Shown: positions 52,724-64,000 of the stretch, in pieces | How the letters are laid out: each line of letters begins with the position of its first letter | How positions within the stretch are numbered: the first letter of the stretch is position 1 | Source of the DNA: Eledone cirrhosa | Lineage: Eukaryota | Length of the DNA: 64,000 nt | Direction: 5' to 3' | Assembly: GCA_964016885.1 (NCBI GenBank) | Contig: OZ024742.1 | Coordinates: forward strand, 354,950,001-355,014,000 | The notes under the pieces: generated by a model | What the model saw: only the letters and a program-made list of their open reading frames with translations | Told to the model about the DNA's origin: nothing | The model's database searches: none | Made by a program: the position numbers and the translations under genes

Positions 52724-52725
<2 letters not shown>
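51816..52725. mobile_element. Fold-back element with ~260-bp diverged inverted arms; right arm interrupted by a SINE
   Basis: 51816-52080 vs 52283-52725; central CTGCTAATATGCA repeats. Confidence 0.75.
52518..52705 (+). mobile_element. tRNA-derived SINE
   Basis: GGATTGGCAGTATCGGTAG...GAGTTCAAAT...CTTGTGCCAAAAGTAGAAACAATTATT. Confidence 0.9.
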
Positions 52726-52755
<30 letters not shown>

Positions 52756-54163
52756 TTAATAAGGTAATGAATTCTTTTACAATGGAATTAGCTCGAAGGA
52801 GGAAAATACCCCCTGAGCCGTGTATAAACTAATATGTATGTGATGAATCACAGATACCAACACATTTGTATATATATTGCAAAAGAAAAATTTACCCAGA
52901 TTGAAGTATACTAATTATTATACTACAGTTTGTCCATATCGATTTAAAATAATAAATCAACGAAGACGAACTGTATTGCCAAGAGGCTATGATGTTTAGA
53001 CACATTTAAATTTCAAAATCAAACCTGTTCCGTAGATAAGTTTAAACTTTAAAATCCAAATATGTTTCGAGTTAAATAAGTGTAGGAATATCATGTCCTG
53101 CACTCCTCAGTAAACATCCAGGGACAAATTGATATGCTTCACTTCTAAATAATTTAAAAGACTGCGTGACGCACATGGTTTTACAGTATCTAACTAGTCT
53201 CATAACCGTACTGCTAGAAATAACAGTCGTATATATGAGGCGGCTTGCAGCTCGAACTAGGAGCAGTTAAATTAATAAGGTAATGAATTCTTTTACAATG
53301 GAATTAGCTCGAAGGAGGAAAATACCTCCTGAGCCGTGTATAAACTAATATGTATGTGATGAAACACAGATACCAACACATCTGTATATATATTGCAAAA
53401 GAAAAATTTACCCAGATTGAAGTATACTAATTATTATACTACAGTTTGTCCATATCGATTTAAAATAATAAATCAACGAAGACGAACTGTATTGTCAAGA
53501 GGCTATGATGTTTAGACACATTTAAATTTCAAAATCAAACCTGTTCCGTAGATAAGTTTAAACTTTAAAATCCAAATATGTTTCGAGTTAAATAAGTGTA
53601 GGAATATCATGTCCTGCACTCCTCAGTAAACATCCAGGGACAAATTGATATGCTTCACTTCTAAATAATTTAAAAGACTGCGTGACGCACATGGTTTTAC
53701 AGTATCTAACTAGTCTCACAACCGTACTGCTAGAAATAACAGTCGTATATATGAGGCGGCTTGCAGCTCGAACTAGGAGCAGTTAAATTAATAAGGTAAT
53801 GAATTCTTTTACAATGGAATTAGCTCAAAGGAGGAAAATACCCCCTGAGCCGTTAGAAGTGAAGCATATCAATTTGTCCCTGGATGTTTACTGAGGAGTG
53901 CAGGACATGATATTCCTACACTTATTTAACTCGAAACATATTTTAAAGTTTAAACTTATCTACGGAACAGGTTTGATTTTGAAATTTAAATGTGTCTAAA
54001 CATCATAGCCTCTTGGCAATACAGTTCGTCTTCGTTGATTTATTATTTTAAATCGATATGGACAAACTGTAGAATAATAATTAGTATACTTCAATCTGCC
54101 TAAATTTTTATTTTGCAATATATATACAGATGTGTTGGTATCTGTGTTTCATCACATACATAT

Positions 54164-54168
<5 letters not shown>
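52756..54168. repeat. 516-bp tandem repeat (~2.1 copies) plus inverted partial copy at 53853-54168, inside (TA)n
   Basis: AAGGTAATGAATTC recurs at 52761, 53277 and 53793; copies near identical. Confidence 0.93.
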
Positions 54169-54231
<63 letters not shown>

Positions 54232-54957
54232 AATATTATACTCTTGATTTGGCCAGAGATGAATATTTCCCAATACCTTTTAAGTGTAACTTTCCGTATT
54301 TATTATTACTATGAAATATTGATTGTTATTCTGGTATCATATCTCTGTTTTTAGCCTAAGAAAATACCTATATGCGTGTATAAATAATACATGCATATAT
54401 TTATTTTTTTTAAATCTAATTGAGTTCTTCACCCGCAAGGTTAAAATTATTGAAAAAATTAATTGACCCGCGTGCATATTATTTTATTATGTTTCGCGAC
54501 GACCCCCTCTTTCCGCTTGATGACAGTGTGAAATGTCTCATTCTGAGACTGCTGGAATTTCTTATTTGGCGGTCATTCTGATACGGAGAGGGAACATCGT
54601 TGGACATTGAATATCGGCAAGAACATTTTTTTATATCGATGTTTGACGGGCATCCACTGATGATTTATAAGTGCGCACCTGCATATATTCCTACGGAGTA
54701 TGTGAAGGCTTCTACATAACCTGGACACATTTTCCCAAGTTGTAGAAAACTTATAATGAAACAATTGTTTGGAAAGTGAGATGTATTTTAATTATGTCTC
54801 ATATAAAATAATACAACTGGCTATCCGCAAAATACATATAGTTAGCACCCCAAATGTAAAATTGGGATTGTACTATGGTATATCCTAATGTGTGTTGCGT
54901 GAGATGGAAGCCAGTCAGAGTATAGATTGAATCTTTAAGCTTTCTCTGTTAATGTAT

Positions 54958-55010
<53 letters not shown>

Positions 55011-55020
<10 letters not shown>

Positions 55021-56153
55021 ATGTATATATAATCTATTTTGCAATACACTTTATGCTTAATTAAAAACATTTTGAAGACCGTAAGCTATTGTTTTAAAGT
55101 AGTGACAAATTCACTCACTTTGATCTCAGCAAACAGGGGAGATAAGCTGACATTACATGTTTCGCTTTTGTTGAAGCTTATCAAGGCCAACTACCCCGCC
55201 TGTCTACTGAGATCAATGATGTTATATTCTTATAGAAATCTAGTAAATAATCAGGAGCTGATTATGCAGAGCGGTTGTTGGTCAGGCAGAAATTAAAAAT
55301 TAGAATTGGAGCTCTGAAATAGCAATATATATATGGATGTATATATAATGTATTTTGCAATACACTTTATGCTTAATTAAAAGCATTTTGAAGACCGTAA
55401 GCTATTGTTTTAAAGTAGTGACATATTTACTCACTTTGATCTCAGCAAACAGGGGAGATAAATGTATTGCAAAATACATTATATATACATCCATATATAT
55501 ATTGCTATTTCAGAGCTCCAATTCTCATTTTTAATTTCTGCCTGACCAACAACCGCTCTGCATAATCAGCTCCTGATTATTTACTAGATTTCTATAAGAA
55601 TATAACATCATTGATCTCAGTAGACAGGCGGGGTAGTTGGCCTTGATAAGCTTCAACAAAAGCGAAAATGTCATATCGGCTTATCTCCCCTGTTTGCTGA
55701 GATCAAAGTGAGTGAATTTGTCACTACTTTAAAACAATAGCTTACGGTCTTTAAAATGCTTTTAATTAAGCATAAAGTGTATTGCAAAATACATTATATA
55801 TACATCCATATATATATTGCTATTTCAGAGCTCCAATTCTCATTTTTAATTTCTGCCCGACCAACAACCGCTCTGCATAATCAGCTCCTGATTATTTACT
55901 AGATTTCTATAAGAATATAACATCATTGATCTCAGTAGACAGGCGGGGTAGTTGGCCTTGATAAGCTTCAACAAAAGCGAAACATGTGTGTCCGCTTATC
56001 TCCCCTGTTTGCTGAGATCAAAGTGAGTGAATTTGTCACTACTTTAAAACAATAGCTTACGGTCTTTAAAATGCTTTTAATTTAGCATAAAGTGTTTTGC
56101 AAAATACATTATATATACATCCATATATATATAATGCTATTTTGGAGCTCCAA

Positions 56154-56160
<7 letters not shown>
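55011..56160. repeat. 315-bp tandem repeat with internal inversion at ~55462, inside (TA)n
   Basis: AAAATACATT recurs at 55471, 55786 and 56101; 55011-55461 is in the opposite orientation. Confidence 0.93.
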
Positions 56161-56198
<38 letters not shown>

Positions 56199-56746
56199 AT
56201 AATAATAAATTTGAAGACTAACATCCAAAGAGGGCTCGATAAGGATAAATATATATCAAATATATAAGAATCGTAGAGCAAATATTTATTAAAATAACAG
56301 ATTAAAGTTTAAGCAAAGAATCGCTGCTTTCACGCTTAACGGGATCTTCTGAACTAACAAAGTCAATATGTGAACGCAGAAGTGAATATTTAAAAAAAAC
56401 GTTGCAAACGGAGGAAGACAGGAAGACGATACTTTGGTTCGTGGAAACGTTCCCTGGCAAAGAACGGGAAAAAAACGAAAATAATACGTCACTATTTGGA
56501 GCAGTGAAAAACAATTACACGCAAAGACAAAACCACGTTTATGGTATAAAATAAGTCGTAGACTAATATTCTATTACGTGGTTCATACAGACGTTATCTG
56601 GCAAAGAACGGGAAAAAAGGAAGATAATACGTCATATGTGGAGAGGGTAGAACAATTGCACACAAAAACAAAACAACGTAAATGGTATAGCAGAAGACGT
56701 AGACTAAAATTCTATTTAGACATGTCCCAAGGCTCTGATACCATCA

Positions 56747-56835
<89 letters not shown>

Positions 56836-57099
56836 CGAAACAAAGTTATGTGTATGTATACATAAGCCTCCCTGCATATGCGTCCTCATACAACCATATG
56901 TGAGTACACTTAAAAGCCTAGTGTGTAAGTAAAGACAAGGGGGAGTATAACCCAAGATCAAATAATAATGAACAGGTGAGGGAGAACATGGAAGAAAGCG
57001 GTATAAAAGCTGTGGTAGAGAGTAAGTCTTCGTGAAGAGATCTGTATAAGGGTATATAGTTAAAAAGTGATCTGGGTAAAGGATGAAGGTGGTGAGTGT

Positions 57100-57460
57100 G
57101 TATGTATTACAAGCATTGTATAAAATAGGGGGAGGGGTTATAAGTCAAATGAAAAAACATAGATAAAGATAAGGGAGATCCAATGTATAAATTGGTAGAA
57201 AGTATGTGTTTATAAGGTGATGATATTGGTAGTGAGTGAAGGAGTGATATGTAAAGAGCAAGCTGAGGGTTGTTAAGTAATCGTTGGTGTGTTAATCTAG
57301 CTAAAAGGTAGATGCGATTCAGGTGCGGGCAACAACGAATGATTTCGGTCTTAGAGTTGAGGCAAGGCGGAGGGGTTTTTAATTTTTGGAGATTTCTGAA
57401 TTTTTTCTTAGTACTAAAACACATTTCTTTGTGCCCCTTGGTATTCTCTTGAGTGATTTG
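57100..57460 (-). mobile_element. Possible decayed PLE 3' end
   Basis: CLNSKTEIIRCCPH resembles the LN.R.E...CRH terminus of Penelope endonucleases. Confidence 0.4.
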
Positions 57461-57870
57461 AAAATAAAAAAAAAATATATATATATATATTATTCTCTGG
57501 AAGCTGTATTCAGACCTGATGGGCTCCGGCTGATTAAATTGTGTCCTAGAAAAACAGTATGACAATACCGTGACTCTACGTCTCCATCAGGTGTTATGTG
57601 AAAAAGAAAAATGTAGCAGGGTATATTTATTCTACACACCTGTTACGTAGTGCAATGGTGGGAGCGCTTTCAACGATTAGTTCTAGTTATTACTCCTTGC
57701 CACTACATACACATGAATATAGAACGAACTACCAAACTCAACTTTGTGTGTCGTATGTTTACGCATTTACGTATTTTCATGTCATATGGTGGCACATAAA
57801 ACTGAAGTAGTTTATCTACTAAAAAATCACCAAATGTCAAGAAAACATCGTAATGTTGCATATATATGTT

Positions 57871-57973
57871 GGCGCCTGGCCTAGTGGTAAGTGCGTTAGA
57901 CCTACGATTATAATACCGTGGGTTCGATTCCTGGACTTGGTGGTATGTTGTGTTGTTGAGCAAAACACTTCAT
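57871..57973 (+). mobile_element. tRNA-like SINE head from a different family
   Basis: A box TGGCCTAGTGGTAA, B box GGTTCGATTCC, then TTGAGCAAAACACTT. Confidence 0.65.
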
Positions 57974-58704
57974 GGAGAATCTTCTACTCCCATTCGCTTC
58001 ACACCACAGAAACAGGAATTTACACCTGCCTGAGGATCTGCCGAGCTCCAGACCGACTTTAGTAAAATTCATATGCGTAAATAGTTTTCCCCATTATCAC
58101 GATAAATTAAAGACTTTAAACTTTTTCTGTTTCTTCCAAAAGTCGTCGTGGTAAGGGAGAAGGTATCATTAAACAATAGATGAGGCCATGATATGACTAG
58201 GCTATCAACTAATCGAATATCTTTAGTATATACTCTAATTTATTTAAGTGACTCTACATTGTTCTAATCTAATTATTCACCGTTACAATTTTATATTACA
58301 TTTGCTCATAATAATTATTTCATTTCAGGGAAGCAAATAACATGTGAAAAAATAAACGGAGAAAAAAGTAGCAAGAAAACTAAAAGTAAAAGCTATTTTC
58401 ACATATAGCAATTTCAGATAGAATTCACTATTTTAGATTGACGCACACATCTTATCATTTTGCTTAAACCTGAACGATCGAAGCGGGTGCAAACGTGAAA
58501 TAGAGGTGATATGTTTCGAAGAAGATATGTTAACGGCTTCGAGGGTTACGTGTTTTCTTTTTTATTTTTTGTTTTGTGTTTGTTTTCTGCGAGGCAATAC
58601 GCGTATGAAATTGGTATTTTCTTCGTGACAAGATAACTGATTCTTGTTTGAGGTGGCCATCGTCATATACCACAGCAACACCAGCAACGGCAACGATACC
58701 ACCA

Positions 58705-58909
58705 TCAGTATTAGTAGTTGTAGTAGTAGTAGTTATCGTAGCAGTAGTAGTAGTCGTAGTCGTAGTAGTAGTAGTAGTAGTAGTAGTACATGTTATAGAG
58801 CGGGTGGGGAAATGAGAACATTGCGGTATAACAAAACAATTGAGAATGAATAAAAGATAAAACAAGCATTTGTGGGTGAAATTACTACTACTACTAGTAC
58901 TACTACTAC

Positions 58910-58954
<45 letters not shown>

Positions 58955-59050
58955 GTACTACTACTACTATTATAACTACTACCACCAGCACTACTACTAC
59001 TGCTACTAATATTACTACTACTATTACTACACCTACTACTACTACTACGA
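58705..59050. repeat. (TAG)n and (CTA)n microsatellites in opposite orientation
   Basis: TAG repeats at 58705-58790 and CTA repeats at 58882-59050. Confidence 0.9.
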
Positions 59051-59057
59051 ACACTAG

Positions 59058-61833
59058 TAATGATTTCATTTATTGGCCACAAGGGGCGACATATAGGGGT
59101 CAATACAAAAGACTGGGACTGTGGGGTTTTACAGAGAAATCGAGTAAAAAATATGAATAACAATAACAAAGTAACAAGAAAAATACAAGAAAAATTCCCC
59201 AATAGGGGGGATGACCACCCAGGGTTCACTCAGGTATCCCACCAATCCTGAACGACCCGACGCTTCGAGAGCACCCTGGAAGGGCACCCCTCTCCTCCTC
59301 AAATGTACCCACCTACACCCGCATGAGCAGAGTAGGCCCACTCACACGGACCATTCTCTCCACATTCACCCACCTTTCAGCAAATGTACTGGGGTGCAGC
59401 ACTTCTCTCTCCACCCTTACCTTTCTTTCGAAGTGAAACTTGAAAAAGTTGATGAGGGATTGGCCGAAGAGAAATGTGTCTGTCTTCAGTCCTTTCAACC
59501 TTGTCCACCATACAACACGTTTCGCTACTGCCACCAGACAGGACAATTGCCTGCCCTTCCTGGCCAAAAGAAGGCGGCGGGTCGATCTTCACTGTGGACT
59601 CGGCCGATAGCTGGATCCGTTATACACGTGACAACAGCTGTTCAACATAACTCCACAAGTCAGTAATGCACGGATAATGGTCGAATGCGTGCAGTACGGT
59701 TTCGTTGCTCTGCGTGCATCTCGGCCAGCTCCGTCTGACAGCACTTCCATACCTGTAGAGTTTATCTCGAACCGGCAGTGCACACCGGTAGCACTGCCAA
59801 GCGAGGGATTTTTTGGAAATTATCCATAGTCCCGGCTCTAAAGTCCTCCGGAACAGACCGGTTAGTTCGACTTCGTTGACTCCCAGGGCCTCTCCACTAA
59901 TCCTATATAGACCTCGAGAGTAGACGTTCCACTGACCGCATTGCCCGCCTGGTAGACGTCAGTGAGTGCTTGGCAAGATTCCATATGCCAGTCACCCAGT
60001 CTCGGTCTCTTCTTGACCCAGGAATGCAACTCAGTCAAAGAAAGGAGCTGCGGAAAGGCCCGTCTGACAAACGGCGACCACACCTGTTCCCCGTTTAGGC
60101 AGAGTATCTGGAGATGCCACATCCTCAGCGCGTGCCTGCGCATCATTAGCCATGTCATGCCCAGCCCTCCACGTAGAGAGGGCTGGCAGCAGATGGACCG
60201 CATCACCAATGGAACCTGACCCCTCCACAAGAATTTGAAGAAGAGCCGCTCCAAGGTGGCGAGGCGCTAACGGGGGAAAGGGACGACGGTCAGATGGTAG
60301 TAGATGATGGACGCTTTGTACGCGTTCCCCACCTCCGTCCGACCTTTCAGTGATAACTTTCTCGCAGCGTATTTCTGGGTGAGAATGTCTACACTGCCCG
60401 TCACCCCGTCCCAAATCTTATCCACCTGGAGGTATGGCCCGAACTAAACCCTGATCAACTTTACCGGTCCGTCCGTCCAGCGCCTATCGACGCTGTTGGA
60501 CGCCATGGACTTGCCTCTCCAGGTGCCGAGTTGCAAGCTCACCAACTTTTCCGGGTTAAATTTGCGCCTGTCAATCTTTCATATTCCTCCAATAAGTTGC
60601 CGACCACCTCGATTTACTGAGGTGTCCGACAACATAACGGTGATGTCATCCGCATAAGCCGACCAAGCGTTTCCGCGTCCCGGTTCCAGCGGAAAACCCT
60701 GCAACAGCTCCAGCTTCGGCAGTAAAGTCTCGAGAATCAATACGTACAGAAGACAGGGGAGAGGGCACCCTTGACGGACCGATCTAGAGACCTGAAACGG
60801 TTTCGAGATGTGGCCATTAATGTTGGCCCACGAGCAGGTGCTGCTGTGCATTGGAGCGACACAGCTTCTGAAGACGGGGCCGAAGGCAGCCGCCTTGAGG
60901 ACAGCCTCCAAGTTCCGATGTTCGAGCCTATCGAATGCTTTCGATTGATCTAAATTGATCAGAGCCCCAACGAAGCCAGGTTTACACCCGACCCTCTCTA
61001 TGATGTATCCCATCATGTGAAGTTTGTCGTGTATCGGCCTGATTGGGATTGTGCAAGTTTGCGCCTCCCAACCAAATCCCGGTCGACAAGCGCCAACCCC
61101 TTCGCTAAAACCCTTGCCAAAATCTTAATCTCTGTGTTGAGCAGAGTTATGGGCCTGAAATAGTCTAATGTGTCCCTCTTGTTCTCGTCTTTCCTTATCA
61201 GCGTCACTACGCCCCGGCTCACAGGACTTGGAATACTCCCGTTTTGCTGCCAGTTGCAGTAGAGCGCTTCGAGGAGATTGGAGAACAAGTATGGCATATT
61301 TACGTAAATCTCATTGGGCAGACCATCCAAACTGGGTGACTTGTGCATCATGCAGCCGAAAAGGACATTCTGAATCTCGGCTGAAGTAATCGGCCTTTTG
61401 CAGCGCCCAGCGTCGGCATTCAAGAGTTGCGGCAAGCCATCGAAGTAGGGACTGAAGTCCGCTACCGTCTCTGTCCCGCCACTTCCCCCGAACAGCTTAG
61501 CAAAATGTTGGCGAAAAGCACATCCGCTTTGAATCGCTCAGCTCGTGTCCATCTCGGTCGGACAAAGACCGAATCGTGGTTTTATTACGACGCTGCGCCT
61601 ATGCCAAGCGGGCCCATCGAACAGCTTTGATTCCCTCGTTTCTCATAGCACAGGCCTTAGCTCTAACAATGCAACCTTCGTGTTTCACATTGAAGAAATG
61701 CACTAATGTCATTATCGCCGCTAGCATGTTAGTTGCAATGCCACTACCAATAGCCTCGTCTAACTTATTTACCGACTCCCCCTCCTTTCTATTTTCCTCT
61801 AACGCTACTTCTTTGCTAAACTCTATTGACATT
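59058..61833 (-). mobile_element. Solitary 5'-truncated Tx1 element of the unit 1/3 subfamily
   Basis: Frameshifted ORF2 (FRPITLLN, LDQSKAFD, RQGCP, YADD); 3' UTR close to units 1 and 3; degenerate TTA repeats at the 5' flank. Confidence 0.92.
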
Positions 61834-62962
61834 AATGATAGTAATAATAGTAATAATGTAATGATGGTGATGATGAGAATGATGATATTAGGGCGGGTTG
61901 TAATGATGTGAAAACCAGAAGACCGTTATTAACCCGAACAGGGGAGGAATGTATGAGTTGCTACAATATAATAGTACCAAATAACACATTAGAAATGTTA
62001 ATGTAATAAAAAAATTGTTTTTGTTTAGTTTCCTTCACATAAAAAAAAATACTATAAAAAAAAACACAGTAAAACAGTAGAAATAAGCAGATATCTTTAT
62101 TTCACAAATCGACGTAATCGAACAGGAAATCTGACAAATGGAGTCACTATGATGCAATACCAAGCTCGATAAATTGTTTTAGTAAAGAAATAATAGAGAG
62201 GAACATTATAGTGCAGAAGACAAATGTCTGACGTAGCAAGCTCACGAGTTCATTCCAGTCCTCTTAATCATATTTCCATAGTAAATACATTTCTGCAGAC
62301 AACCCCATGTTTTTAAGATTCCACAAGAAACGATAAAGGGAAGTGTATTCATTTATTAATTTATCCCTTAACTCCTGATGGATTCTGTGAATTAATGTCA
62401 CGACATAGAGCCGCTCATCAGCATTTTAAGATATTGCTTGTTCAGGGTTTCAGCTAGGTGAATTTGAAGAGAAAGATAGAAGAATTACGAAAGAAGAAAC
62501 ACAGAGGAGAAGCAGAATCACTCACATTACTGGATAGGTACTTCGTTTATTAAAACAAACCGATGAAAAGGAAAGAAGACCTCGGCAGAATTTAATTTCA
62601 AAGCACAGATAGCCACAATCAATATTGCCAAGGATTGTATCTGACAAACCAAAACAGAAACACGAAGCCTCCATCTTAATTTTAATTTTGAAAATCCTAA
62701 GATTTGCGAAAACTGTAAATTAGATAAAAAAGTATTCTTAAAAAATGTCAGTTGCATTTTCAATTTCTTTGCTTTATACTTTCACCCGTGTGGGACACGT
62801 CTTTATATATATGAAGTTATAAATGTAAAATTTCGAAGACACTAATATCTACACTCAGCTTGAATGTATTGAGTGGTTATTTAAATAATTGTTTTAAGTT
62901 CGATGGTGCTTGAAACACACGTTCTTAACAGTAAATGATGAAATGTTGACTTATACCTCTTG

Positions 62963-63009
<47 letters not shown>

Positions 63010-63011
<2 letters not shown>

Positions 63012-64000
63012 ATACTTTGGGAGGGTCATGTTGCCAATAAGAAACACACGCACCAGGAGTTTTCACTTCAATTTATTATAGTAAATTTATAAATTTAGGA
63101 ATTTATAAATTTCCGGTGTGTTGGTTGGTTCCACAACCAGATGATTGTTTATATATTGTCAAAGTTCTTTCGTCACACATTATTTGACCTCTTCAGTGAC
63201 TGGGGTTTCTGTTCTTTGTGTTTGTGTCTCTCCTTTGTTCTGTCCTACGCCATCGATTTTTTGTGTGAGTTGTGTGCTTAGTTTGCGCATGTGTTACATC
63301 CGGGTGTCTGTGTGTGTTTATATTTGTTTATTTAATTGTTTATTTACATGTTACTGGTTGGTTGTCTGTTCTATGTGCGTATGTGTTTTCATTTTGTCCT
63401 TAATTGTAAGTTGTGATGTTGCTGTTACGTTCATGTTTTCTATTTAATTTTGGTTGGAGTTCATTTATGTTTATTGCCTCTGTGATTCTATTTTTATTTC
63501 TATGTTCTCTAATTTACCCGTATGTTCTATTTTAGCATGTTGGTAGAGTACAGATGATTCTTGAAGGTCTCGCCAGCATTCATGTATCCGTTCCCCTATA
63601 CTACGAGCTGTCTCACCTATGTAGACTATATTTTTATCTCTACATTGTCCTTCAGTACATCTTATGCTATATACTAGTTTTACAGTTAATATGGGGGCTT
63701 AATTTACAGATTATACATTTCTTATTTATACAGGGATGTCATTGAAAAGGTTATGTATTGCTAATAAGTGTTTTTATGGAGGTAGCTGGTCTTTCTACTA
63801 TCTTAATATTGAGTTTATGTTTATCTAGGTCCCTTCTAAATTTGTAAGCTAATTCACCTCTAGGAGTTGTATCGATGAACATTACACTCTGGTATTTATT
63901 GCTATCATACCATGAGTTTATTCTATTAACCTTATTCCTAGTTCTTTCTATTCTATTCCAAAATTTGCTCCTTTACAAGGGTCATGTCCCATTTGTGTCA
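63010..64000 (-). mobile_element. Penelope-like element 3' part (Cys-rich linker, GIY-YIG endonuclease, UTR), decayed; runs off the window
   Basis: SVMFIDTTPRGEL...CINKKCIIC...LVYSIRC...VYIGETARSIGER...EAININ...PKLNRKHE. Confidence 0.85.
63158..63200 (-). ncRNA. Variant minimal hammerhead motif in the PLE 3' region
   Basis: GTCA-CTGAAGAG-GTCA...TGAC-GAAA-GAACTT-TGAC. Confidence 0.5.

Noticed and set aside
52756-56160. CRISPR-like or satellite array
   Set aside because: No repeat-spacer structure; only 2-4 long units with inversions in a eukaryotic context
57871-57945. tRNA gene
   Set aside because: A and B boxes are present but there is no acceptor stem or full cloverleaf; it continues into a SINE-like body
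62527-62763. Signal-peptide-like exon IQSLAILIVAICAL on the minus strand
   Set aside because: Runs into degraded SINE core sequence (AAATTCTGCCGAGGTC...TTTCATC...AAGTACC) and has no good donor

Overview
AT-rich, microsatellite-dense animal genomic DNA. The SINE family resembles ones I recall from octopod cephalopods, which is an inference. No intact host gene is evident. Bases ~2445-26800 form a ~24-kb retrotransposon array: six head-to-tail, same-strand Tx1/L1-clade non-LTR elements from several diverged subfamilies (three full-length, all decayed), most joined directly through (ATT)n tails. An antisense R4/Dong-type RLE element sits in one of those tails. The Tx1 units share a covarying 3' stem-loop, hairpin-rich 5' UTRs and possible splice signals flanking ORF2. 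A tRNA-derived SINE has a similar 3' end and inserts at ATTA/TTA sites. The rest of the window holds another Tx1 copy (minus strand), CRE, RTE and Penelope-like (PLE) fragments, and many tandem or inverted repeats in (TA)n tracts, several carrying minimal or variant hammerhead ribozyme (HHR) motifs. All calls come from reading the sequence by eye; no searches or folding were run.
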